Shown: positions 54,131-62,550 of the stretch, one piece after another
How positions within the stretch are numbered: the first letter of the stretch is position 1
How the letters are laid out: every line of letters starts with the position of its first letter
Source: a bacterium
GTDB taxonomy: Bacteria > Patescibacteriota > Microgenomatia > UBA8517
Length of the DNA: 64,000 nt
Direction: 5' to 3'
Assembly (NCBI GenBank): GCA_021824915.1
Contig: JAKAJP010000022.1
Coordinates: 23,832-87,831 of the forward strand
Notes under the pieces: generated by a model
What the model saw: the letters and a program-made list of their open reading frames with translations, nothing else
Told to the model about the DNA's origin: nothing
Databases searched by the model: none
Translations under genes and position numbers: made by a program

Positions 54131-54323
54131 TTTCCTTTTTCAAGATACCAAGTTGCTCTAAAATTTCTAGCGCCTTTTTACCTTTTTCTGTATCAGCCTC
54201 TACTTCCAACCTTAAAACATTCCACGTCATCGGTTCACCGTCAACGACAACCACTATTTCATTTCTACTCGGAAGCGGTAGGTTGGCATAAATATCATTA
54301 AATAAGGCTTTTTTATCGACCAT
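54120..54323 (-). CDS. Small hypothetical protein (67 aa), first gene of the protease operon
   Basis: TATAAT lies 8 nt upstream of the ATG. Overlaps the next ORF. Confidence 0.7.
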   Translation of the reverse strand: MVDKKALFNDIYANLPLPSRNEIVVVVDGEPMTWNVLRLEVEADTEKGKKALEILEQLGILKKENGQ

Positions 54324-54385
54324 GACAACCCATTATACAATAATAACACGGTGCAACCCTATCCAAAGTCTCACAAACATCAAGC

Positions 54386-54673
54386 TCATTTTTCACAATT
54401 TGTTTGCTTTTGCAAATTATCGCTACTTAGCTTATGTAGTTCATCCTGAAGTGTGTCAAATTTAACCCTATCATTAGGCATACAGTAACTATCAGATTGG
54501 CAATATTTTTGAAAAACATTTCTCCGTTCCAAGTCAAAATTATTTTGAACAACAGAAAGGCATTTTCTCGCTCTGAAGTCCCTGAGCATAGGCCAACCAA
54601 CGAAGACTAATAACGCCACAACCACAATCAAAAGAATATTCACAATAATATAAAGAGTCAATTTTTTATTCAC
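54386..54673 (-). CDS. Small membrane-anchored protein with 4 Cys
   Basis: N-terminal TM helix. Upstream TTGACG...TGCTATAAT promoter-like sequence, with the -10 seven nt before a GTG. Confidence 0.6.
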   Translation of the reverse strand: MNKKLTLYIIVNILLIVVVALLVFVGWPMLRDFRARKCLSVVQNNFDLERRNVFQKYCQSDSYCMPNDRVKFDTLQDELHKLSSDNLQKQTNCEK

Positions 54674-54707
54674 CAAGAAAATTATAGCACTCCAAATTTC
54701 GAAAACG

Positions 54708-55490
54708 TCAAATCTCGTTTTCTCGATCAGACATAAGCTTTTTAACGTGGTCTGTTGTATTAATCAATTCCATCAATCTTTCAAAGTCTATCTCTTCGGC
54801 TAGTTTTTGAACCTTATCGGTCGTTCTCTGAATGTATTGAGCAGGAATTAGTAAAAACGGCGCAGGTTTGCCTCTGGCAATTTTTTGCTGGTATAGTTTG
54901 TCAGATTCAGAGGCGAAACAATAATCCGCTCCGGTTTGATCAAATAAATTTTTATAATGAACGCTTGCGTCTACCCCCTCGGGTTTTTCCGGCAAGACAC
55001 TGACTAAAACATTCGGATCATAATACGACCACATAGAGACTCTTGCCCGCAAATCTAAATATGGACCACCTCTTTCTTTAGAATCAACATACCAATCGCG
55101 TTCAAGAAGAAGGATTGGGGAAACAAAACTTCTCATCCAATTCGCTGCAAATCTATGTCCCCCATGTCCCTCAAAACCGCCAGCAAATAAAACGCCGTAC
55201 TTTCCTCCATCAACTAGATTACTTTTTATTTTCTCAAATGGAACCAAAAGACCTCGATCCTCATTCTTTTTATTTCCCAGAAATCTCACCCACCAGCCAA
55301 TCCAATCATCCGCATGTTCTCTCCTAAAACCTAAGTTGGGGCCTGGGATTGTTTTCAAATTTTCAAGTGCTTGCCCAAGATATTCAACTAGAGTATTTTT
55401 GTCCTGAGGCCTATTGTCTGCCAACATCTGATCAATATTTCCCGAAAGAAGATCGGGGCGAAAATTGCGTAAATATTCTTCGTTTGCCAT
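54708..55490 (-). CDS. Hypothetical protein with HIGH-like nucleotidyltransferase domain
   Basis: GVLFAGGFEGHGGH resembles the G-x-F-D-x-x-H-x-G-H motif. KERG.P.L....R and a late TT are also consistent with this fold. Confidence 0.45.
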   Translation of the reverse strand: MANEEYLRNFRPDLLSGNIDQMLADNRPQDKNTLVEYLGQALENLKTIPGPNLGFRREHADDWIGWWVRFLGNKKNEDRGLLVPFEKIKSNLVDGGKYGVLFAGGFEGHGGHRFAANWMRSFVSPILLLERDWYVDSKERGGPYLDLRARVSMWSYYDPNVLVSVLPEKPEGVDASVHYKNLFDQTGADYCFASESDKLYQQKIARGKPAPFLLIPAQYIQRTTDKVQKLAEEIDFERLMELINTTDHVKKLMSDRENEI

Positions 55491-55563
55491 CTTGGCGCAA
55501 TTCTACCATTTTTGAGCCCTAAATTTCAGAAACGTAAAATGGATTCAAATCACACTCACCACT

Positions 55564-56313
55564 TTAGACTTTATATTTTCCTTGAAGTGCATTAATGCGA
55601 ACACGGAGGAGGTCGCGAAGGCCTTCCCAAGAGTCGCGGATTGCGTTTATTCTTTCACTTTCTTTATGGTTCCAAGTAACGGGAACTTCTGCAACTTTAT
55701 ATTTTAGTTTTCTGGCCAAATACAAAACTTCCAAATCAAATCCCGCAGTAACTCCGGCCCCTTTTCCTTGTCCTTTCTCGGAAAAAACTTTCATCCTCTT
55801 AAAAATTTCTCTCGAGGCTTCATTCCTAAAAGCCTTAAATCCACACTGGGTGTCTTTATAGGGAAGGCGCAAAATTATTGTTCTTAAAAAAGCAAAGCCA
55901 TAAGCCATGAGTTTTCGTAAAAGAGGTGCTCCTTTTCTACCGGAACGGGATCCGATTACAATATCATACCCTTCTTCAAATTTAGGCAAGAATTTCTCCA
56001 CCTGATCGATCGGAGTTGCTTGATCTGTATCCGTAAAAAGAATAACATCCCCCTTGGCTCTAAGCATTCCGGCAATAACCGTTCCACCTTTACCTCTATG
56101 TGGTTCTTTCAAAACAAAAAAGTTTTTGTGATTTTTGGAAAAATCGTCGGCAATTTTTGCGGTCGCATCACTACTTCCGTCATCAACGAACAAAACTTCC
56201 CAAGAGTATTTTTGTTTCTTCAAATAGTCACTAACCAAATCCAACACTCCAGTCCGAAGATTGTACTCTTCGTTGTACGCAGGAATTACTACCGATAAAT
56301 AAACATTTTTCAT
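55564..56313 (-). CDS. Dolichyl/polyprenyl-phosphate beta-glucosyltransferase (ALG5-like GT2)
   Basis: SVVIPAYNE, HRGKG, FTDTDQATP, DTQCGFKAF, FDLEVL. Confidence 0.88.
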   Translation of the reverse strand: MKNVYLSVVIPAYNEEYNLRTGVLDLVSDYLKKQKYSWEVLFVDDGSSDATAKIADDFSKNHKNFFVLKEPHRGKGGTVIAGMLRAKGDVILFTDTDQATPIDQVEKFLPKFEEGYDIVIGSRSGRKGAPLLRKLMAYGFAFLRTIILRLPYKDTQCGFKAFRNEASREIFKRMKVFSEKGQGKGAGVTAGFDLEVLYLARKLKYKVAEVPVTWNHKESERINAIRDSWEGLRDLLRVRINALQGKYKV

Positions 56314-57803
56314 TGCTTTGTAGTAAACAAAATCATAGGATCGGTTAAGTTTGTATCCTCACCCTGACAACTTTTACTTATCCGGTCTTCAGTATAGCGT
56401 TTATAATCCGGCAAAACCAAACCCAAAACCCCGAAATTCACATCCGTTCTTCCAACTTTAGATAGTGGAAAAGCAACCGTATAAACTGGAATATCTTTTT
56501 GTGGGTGTTTGAGTTTAAGTTTATCTAACCAAATTAGATACCTGTAACCCAGATCATATCCTGGATCCGTTATGTAAGAAATTGAAACACAATCGAAACG
56601 CCTTTCCAAAGAATCCTTTTTAATAAAATCAATTAGGGCTTTCCTTTCTACATATCCATTCCCGTTTTCTGCATAGGTAAAAAGCCTATAAAAACTCACT
56701 CCCAGGAAAAGCGCCAGAGCAACAAATACTAACCACTTTAGCCCTTTGAGATTGTAAATGAAGTTAATTGAAAGTGCAGTTGAGGTCAACCAAACAATAT
56801 TTAACCCGTTAAAGTAATATTCGGAAAGGGAAATTTTGCTAAAAGTAAAAAACAAAACGTAAGCCAGAGTCCACACACCAATTACAGCTCCAATTTTCCA
56901 ATATCCTCTATTTTTAAGGAACGCAAAAAAAGTTACAAATGTAAGAACAAAAAACGGCAGAGTATCAGGAACCAGTGGTGTCTTTCTTATAAAAATCCGG
57001 GTTGTGTTTTTATAGACAATATCAGCAACTTTCCAAAATTGATCGGAAAAGGTGTTATTAAGACCGGCGTTGTTTAGATTTTTTCCTTCAATCGCCAAGG
57101 TTATTGCCCGACTCTGCTGAAATCCGTGCCGTGTCTCAAAAAATAAAAAGGGTAAAGCAACAATAAAAAAAACAACCAAACCAGTTAAAACCCACTTAAA
57201 ATTAATTTTTCTCTTTGACAACACAATAGCAACAGGGATCGCAACTGAAGGAATTGCCAGGGCAAAGTTTATATTCCAAATAAACCCAATAAGTCCAAAG
57301 GAAAGAATGTATCCCAGCTTTTTATTTTTAATAATCAAATAAAGGGAATAAAGATACCAAATACCCCACAACGAAACCGGCATTGTTGGAACAACCTCCT
57401 GATTGTTAAGCACGAAGTAATAAGACACGGAATACAAAAAAGCCCCGATCAAACCGATTTTATTATCAAAAATTCTCGAAAAAACAAAATAAATACTTAC
57501 TATTGTCAAAACCGACAAGAATGTTACAAGCGCAATCCCGCCGATTGGATTCATCCCAAAAATTAAATAGAAAGGAACAATAAGGTAGTAAAACACAGAA
57601 CCAATAAAAACTCCGGGAACGCTTGTTTCTTGTCCAATAAGCCTCAAATGACCGCTTAGAACGTCACGTACGAACCAACCAATGAGATCTTGATCATGCG
57701 AGTATGTAAAGCGAGGAACAACTCTATAAAGACGCAGGAAAAGGCCAATGGCAATTATCAAAATCAGAATCCAGTTTTTCTTGAAAAATTTTATAAGCTT
57801 CAT
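56310..57803 (-). CDS. GT-C membrane glycosyltransferase, subfamily B
   Basis: YSHDQD...RLIGQETS..GVFIG..FYY. Confidence 0.75.
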   Translation of the reverse strand: MKLIKFFKKNWILILIIAIGLFLRLYRVVPRFTYSHDQDLIGWFVRDVLSGHLRLIGQETSVPGVFIGSVFYYLIVPFYLIFGMNPIGGIALVTFLSVLTIVSIYFVFSRIFDNKIGLIGAFLYSVSYYFVLNNQEVVPTMPVSLWGIWYLYSLYLIIKNKKLGYILSFGLIGFIWNINFALAIPSVAIPVAIVLSKRKINFKWVLTGLVVFFIVALPFLFFETRHGFQQSRAITLAIEGKNLNNAGLNNTFSDQFWKVADIVYKNTTRIFIRKTPLVPDTLPFFVLTFVTFFAFLKNRGYWKIGAVIGVWTLAYVLFFTFSKISLSEYYFNGLNIVWLTSTALSINFIYNLKGLKWLVFVALALFLGVSFYRLFTYAENGNGYVERKALIDFIKKDSLERRFDCVSISYITDPGYDLGYRYLIWLDKLKLKHPQKDIPVYTVAFPLSKVGRTDVNFGVLGLVLPDYKRYTEDRISKSCQGEDTNLTDPMILFTTKQ

Positions 57804-59296
57804 TTAATTCTGATCCTTTCCTGAACAGTTATACCACCAAATTTTTCTTCCTTGATCACGTGCCCAATCCCTTTTTGTCTATCGAGCCAGGCGTTCAAAC
57901 GCTCCGGATGCGGCGGGTCAACTTCATATAAGGTATATAAGAGAACGGCCCGATTCGAATCGGGAAGTTTATGATATTTATAAGTCCCCAGCCATTGAAA
58001 TAAATAGTTGTACGCATAGGGGATAACCGGAGGTACATAAACATCCACATTAAAACTTCTTTCACCTGCATCTTTATATATCCAGTCTATCGCCTGTTTT
58101 TGATCGAAAAATAAAATTGATTCGGATGAGCTCGTTGTTTTTAATCTTGGCAAAATAATCGACAGGTTGGCAAAAAGAAAAAGGTAAAGAAAATAAAGAA
58201 CAAATAATTTACCGATCTTAAACCTCCAGATATCACCCAAGACAAGCGAGAGAAGAAGAACAAAGATTAGATAATACCCAGTCATATAATAATCGTATAA
58301 AACACCTTCGTTGCCCTGGAAAAAATAAAGTCCGATAACAGGAGAAATCAAAAGAAGAATTAAAATAACGTAGCCTTTGTTTTTGATATATTTGGGTAAG
58401 TTAATTAAAAACCAAAGCGCCGCTATTCCCAAAACAATCTTTTCTAAAGTTCCGCGGAAGTCAAAAATCAGTTTGGTAAAAACGTTGTAATAAAAATTAG
58501 TCCGGTCTAAAAATAACGATTTGATGGATACCGAAAAACTCTTTTCGGTGACAAATGTTTGGTAAAAATTGTTGGCCAAAATATGCCCGTGTTTGAAATC
58601 AAAAAATACAAGCGGAGCGAAAGTTACTGCAAAAAGAAAAATTGATAAAATAAGATTTTTAAGATCCGGTAAATTTTTTCTTTGCCAAATTGCAAAGGTT
58701 ATGACGGCGGGTACATAAAAAAGTTCTCCTGAACTTCCGAAATTAAACAGCGAAAGACCGATACAAAAAGAAATTACCGGCCAACCCCATTTCTTTCCTT
58801 CGGTTACCTTTAACATCGACCAAACCAAGATCATCGAAAGAACAAGCATTGGGGTAGGGTTACTTAACCACTTTGAACCGGTAACAATATAAAAAGAAAA
58901 AGAGGCGATAGTGGCTGCAATTATCCCCGCAATCCTTCCTTGAATTTTCATGCCAAGGTAGTAAATAAACCCAACAGAAATTATTGATGTAAGAATTAAA
59001 AAGATATCAGGATAGATAGGACTTCCTCTACCAAGAAAGTAAAACGGCGCAATTAAGTAGTAATAATAAGGTCCTCTAAAAATTCCGGCTAAACCAGTGG
59101 TCGGTCCTATCAAAAACCATTTGTGGTTATTCAAAAAATCCCAGATGATGAGAGCGTCCCGCCCCTGATCATAATAAAAACCCAGAAGATCGTTTATTCT
59201 ATAAACACGGATGGCGAATGCGGCAGTTAAAATTAGCGCTAAAAGAGAATAAACAAATGGACGGTTTTTAATCTCTTTAAGAAGTTTTTTGAGCAT
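57800..59296 (-). CDS. GT-C membrane glycosyltransferase, subfamily B
   Basis: FYYDQGRD...LIGPTT..GIFRGPYYYY, WLSNP. Confidence 0.78.
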   Translation of the reverse strand: MLKKLLKEIKNRPFVYSLLALILTAAFAIRVYRINDLLGFYYDQGRDALIIWDFLNNHKWFLIGPTTGLAGIFRGPYYYYLIAPFYFLGRGSPIYPDIFLILTSIISVGFIYYLGMKIQGRIAGIIAATIASFSFYIVTGSKWLSNPTPMLVLSMILVWSMLKVTEGKKWGWPVISFCIGLSLFNFGSSGELFYVPAVITFAIWQRKNLPDLKNLILSIFLFAVTFAPLVFFDFKHGHILANNFYQTFVTEKSFSVSIKSLFLDRTNFYYNVFTKLIFDFRGTLEKIVLGIAALWFLINLPKYIKNKGYVILILLLISPVIGLYFFQGNEGVLYDYYMTGYYLIFVLLLSLVLGDIWRFKIGKLFVLYFLYLFLFANLSIILPRLKTTSSSESILFFDQKQAIDWIYKDAGERSFNVDVYVPPVIPYAYNYLFQWLGTYKYHKLPDSNRAVLLYTLYEVDPPHPERLNAWLDRQKGIGHVIKEEKFGGITVQERIRIK

Positions 59297-60269
59297 ACTT
59301 TCTGGCGGTTGCCAAAACTTTCTTGGTAGCCTCACCAAACGGAATACCCCTCAATACCGCAGCTCCGGCCTGTTTATGTCCGCCACCACCCAACTCATTA
59401 GCAATCTTTGAGATATCAAAACCCATCTTGGCTCTAAAACTTACATTCAAGAAATTCTTCTTTTCTTCAACCATTATCATCCCAAAATCCGCACCCTGAA
59501 CCGAAGCCGCGTAAAGTCCGGCCGCCATACTTTTAATACCAAAGGATCCTGGATATTGCGAAATCTCTTCAAATGGGACAGCCGACCAAACAAACCTATT
59601 CTCTTTATCAATTTGCATATTCTTAGTTATTTCCGTCATCGCTTTAACCATATCAAAATTAAGATTTCTAAAAATATTGGAGATAATTTTATTTTTATCA
59701 GCGCCCAGCTCCATCAATTTCACAAAAATTTTGGCAGTATCCACATCCGCACTCGAGTGTTCTAAGCAAGATGTATCATAAATAATTCCCGTCAGGAGAT
59801 CCTCAGCAGTCTCCCCATCTACGAGAACTCCCCAATCGTCAAAAATTTTATATAAAATTTCAGATGTTGAACTCCTTTCCTCATCAACCAAATTTATTAC
59901 TCCAAACTTTTCATTCGTAAAATGATGATCAATATTAATTTTTTTAATCGATGGCTTTTTTTCTTTTCCAAATCCAAGGACTTGACTCCACTCTGCTGAA
60001 TCAAGAATTATAAACAAATCGTACGGCGAGAAATCAAAATTATCATAGTCAATTTTCTTAACTACATCTGATGATTTTAAGAACTTTGAATCACCCGAAA
60101 CATTATCCGGACAAACTATTTCAACCTCCTTGTCCATTCCCAACAATATTTTTCTCATGGCAAGAGCTGAACCCACACTATCCGGGTCCGGACTTCTATG
60201 GCAATTAAGTAAAATCCTTTTTGCCTTTTTAATTTCCTCTAATACTTTTGGTGATAAATCGTAATTCAT
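59277..60269 (-). CDS. nrnA: DHH/DHHA1 phosphoesterase (NrnA-like nanoRNase/pAp phosphatase)
   Basis: HRSPDPDSVGS, ILDS, NIDHH, DT, VSFR, GGGGH..AGA. Confidence 0.85.
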   Translation of the reverse strand: MNYDLSPKVLEEIKKAKRILLNCHRSPDPDSVGSALAMRKILLGMDKEVEIVCPDNVSGDSKFLKSSDVVKKIDYDNFDFSPYDLFIILDSAEWSQVLGFGKEKKPSIKKINIDHHFTNEKFGVINLVDEERSSTSEILYKIFDDWGVLVDGETAEDLLTGIIYDTSCLEHSSADVDTAKIFVKLMELGADKNKIISNIFRNLNFDMVKAMTEITKNMQIDKENRFVWSAVPFEEISQYPGSFGIKSMAAGLYAASVQGADFGMIMVEEKKNFLNVSFRAKMGFDISKIANELGGGGHKQAGAAVLRGIPFGEATKKVLATARKYAQKTS

Positions 60270-61792
60270 TTTGTATGTATCAATTTATAAACAGTTACCC
60301 CATCAACTATCCAACTATTCTCTATTTTACTCCATCCGAAGTTGGCAACCTCTGCCTGAGGTGCGTTAACCGGATTACATTTTGATTGTTCTTTTTCACA
60401 AACAACAAAAAGTTGGCTTGTAATAGTACTCGGGACTTGTGCATCAATATCGATAACTTTGTCACCGTTCTTAATTAGAAAATATTTATAACCATCCGGA
60501 TAATTTCTTTCGGCAATTACAGCCACATTAAACTCGCGGCCGCCCGCTTCCTGTTCTATTTTCCCAGCCACATCTTCTGCACGCTTTAGCTGATAATTTG
60601 GTGGGTATTTCAGAGGGCTATTATAGACATTTACACCGATGAGACCCGCAAAAACAACTCCCAAGAAAGGTATTACCCTTTTATATGATGAAAGAAATTG
60701 AAAACATGCACCCAGAAGAATAAACATGGCCGCAAAAATAAATCCGAAATAATGGTCATAAATTTGTTGTTTATATAACCCTAAACCGATAAGCGCAAAT
60801 GCGAGCCATAAAAACAAGAGATAGTAATTTGTATTTTGCAAATAACGCTTTCGGAAGATAAATAAAATACCAACAAAGACGGCCAAAATCACCGAAACGA
60901 CAACGCCAACAACGACATTCTTTGCGCTTATTAAGCTGTCGCTTATCTGAGCAAAAATAACTGGGATAACCGGAATTGCGTTCCATGGTTTTATTGAAAC
61001 TGTGGCCTGTCTCTCTGTAAAAAATTTATAAATTGCTCTGGAATTTATCCAATTATGTCTGATATCAAAAAATAACAGTGGCGACATTAGAAGTAAAAAT
61101 ATAATCGAAGCAAAAATAGAATAACGAATCAGGTTAATTCTTTGTTGCCTTTCTTTCCAAACTCTTAAAAGAACAAACAACCAAAATATAAAAATTGTTG
61201 GAACAAGTAAAAGGCCAAGGTAGTGGGATTGTAATACAAAGGCAAACGCAAAGCCGGTGACCAAAAGCCACTTAAATTGGTTAAACTTCCAAACGCGCCA
61301 GACAGAATAAATGGTTAAAAGCGAAAAGAAAGGCATGATGTTCGGGTTCCATGAACTTCTGGAATAAACAATTATCGTCGGAGCTACCGCGTAGAGAGCG
61401 GCGGATGTAACTCCCGCCACTTTACCAAACCATTCACGCCCCACCCACCAAACAAAAACTATTGTAATAATTCCCAAGATAGCAATTTCAATAGCAGGAC
61501 CGACTGGCGAAAAATTGGCGACTAAAAGGGCGGGAGCCATAAAATAGTAATAAAGCGGGCCTAAATACATATTCCCTATTGAAGTCCCCGGGCCAATTAG
61601 TGGGGGGTGACCTTCCACCAAAAGACGCCTGACAGTTATTACATCACGACCTTCATCTCCCAAGAATGTCATATAGGCATCAATTTTGTAAAGCCGACAA
61701 AAAGCCCCGACAACTAGAATTGCCAGAAGAACATAAAACTCAACCGGATTTTTCTTAATCCAATTCTTAATACTTAACATATAATTCTTCAT
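60266..61792 (-). CDS. GT-C membrane glycosyltransferase, subfamily B
   Basis: FLGDEGRD...LIGPGTS.GNMYLGPLYYY, SRSSWNPN. Confidence 0.8.
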   Translation of the reverse strand: MKNYMLSIKNWIKKNPVEFYVLLAILVVGAFCRLYKIDAYMTFLGDEGRDVITVRRLLVEGHPPLIGPGTSIGNMYLGPLYYYFMAPALLVANFSPVGPAIEIAILGIITIVFVWWVGREWFGKVAGVTSAALYAVAPTIIVYSRSSWNPNIMPFFSLLTIYSVWRVWKFNQFKWLLVTGFAFAFVLQSHYLGLLLVPTIFIFWLFVLLRVWKERQQRINLIRYSIFASIIFLLLMSPLLFFDIRHNWINSRAIYKFFTERQATVSIKPWNAIPVIPVIFAQISDSLISAKNVVVGVVVSVILAVFVGILFIFRKRYLQNTNYYLLFLWLAFALIGLGLYKQQIYDHYFGFIFAAMFILLGACFQFLSSYKRVIPFLGVVFAGLIGVNVYNSPLKYPPNYQLKRAEDVAGKIEQEAGGREFNVAVIAERNYPDGYKYFLIKNGDKVIDIDAQVPSTITSQLFVVCEKEQSKCNPVNAPQAEVANFGWSKIENSWIVDGVTVYKLIHTK

Positions 61793-61794
61793 GT

Positions 61795-62499
61795 TTATTT
61801 TAATTTTCGCCAAAGCCGGAATAGATCAATAAAACTCTTTATGATCACATTGATATTTCTTCCGGTTCCGGCTCCTTTTGTTCGGGGATAATGCGTAACA
61901 GGAACCTCGGCAAACCTAAATCCTTTTTTCTTTGCTTTAATCAAAAGCTCACTGCTAATGAATGCTCCCCGCTGGCTTTCAAGCTTTGGAATTTTATCTA
62001 TTACCTCTTTTCTAATCAGCTTAAAACCGCAATCAATATCGTGGACTTTCAATCCAAAAAGAATAAACACCGCAAGCTCCCAAAGGCGGCTGGTTAATAT
62101 CTTGAATTTGGAAACCCGTCGTTTTTTATAATAACCAATCACCAAATCCGCCCCAGCCTCTTCCTGCTTCTCAAAAAATTTATTAATTTCTGAAAAATCG
62201 AATTGTCCGTCGGAATCAGTAAAGGCAATCCAATTATATTTTGAATTATAAAAACCATCTGCGAGGGTTGCCCCATAGCCCAAATTTGTTTCATGACTTA
62301 TAACCTTAATCCGCGGGTCACTTTTGGATAAATCTATGGCAATTTTTTGAGTCGAGTCACTACTCCCATCGTTAACTATTATTAACTCCCACTTTTCCGT
62401 CATTTTTTGCAGGATATCCTTTGTATTCAAGACAACTTTACTAATTATTCCTTCTTCGTTGTACGTTGGTAAAAAGACGGAAAGTTCCTTAATTTTCAT
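61795..62499 (-). CDS. GT2 polyprenol-phosphate sugar synthase (DPM1-like)
   Basis: PTYNEE, NDGSSD, NLGYG, FTDSDGQFD, DIDCGFKL, HYPR. Confidence 0.87.
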   Translation of the reverse strand: MKIKELSVFLPTYNEEGIISKVVLNTKDILQKMTEKWELIIVNDGSSDSTQKIAIDLSKSDPRIKVISHETNLGYGATLADGFYNSKYNWIAFTDSDGQFDFSEINKFFEKQEEAGADLVIGYYKKRRVSKFKILTSRLWELAVFILFGLKVHDIDCGFKLIRKEVIDKIPKLESQRGAFISSELLIKAKKKGFRFAEVPVTHYPRTKGAGTGRNINVIIKSFIDLFRLWRKLK

Positions 62500-62550
62500 G
62501 ATTCAACCTCAAGTCTAGCATACGCATAACCTCCATGCTAATATTGGAAT

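Noticed and set aside
59277-60269. NrnA-like gene between GT-C genes as a possible glycan-related pAp phosphatase
   Set aside because: No sulfotransferase or other link is visible. It is more simply a housekeeping gene in a compact genome.
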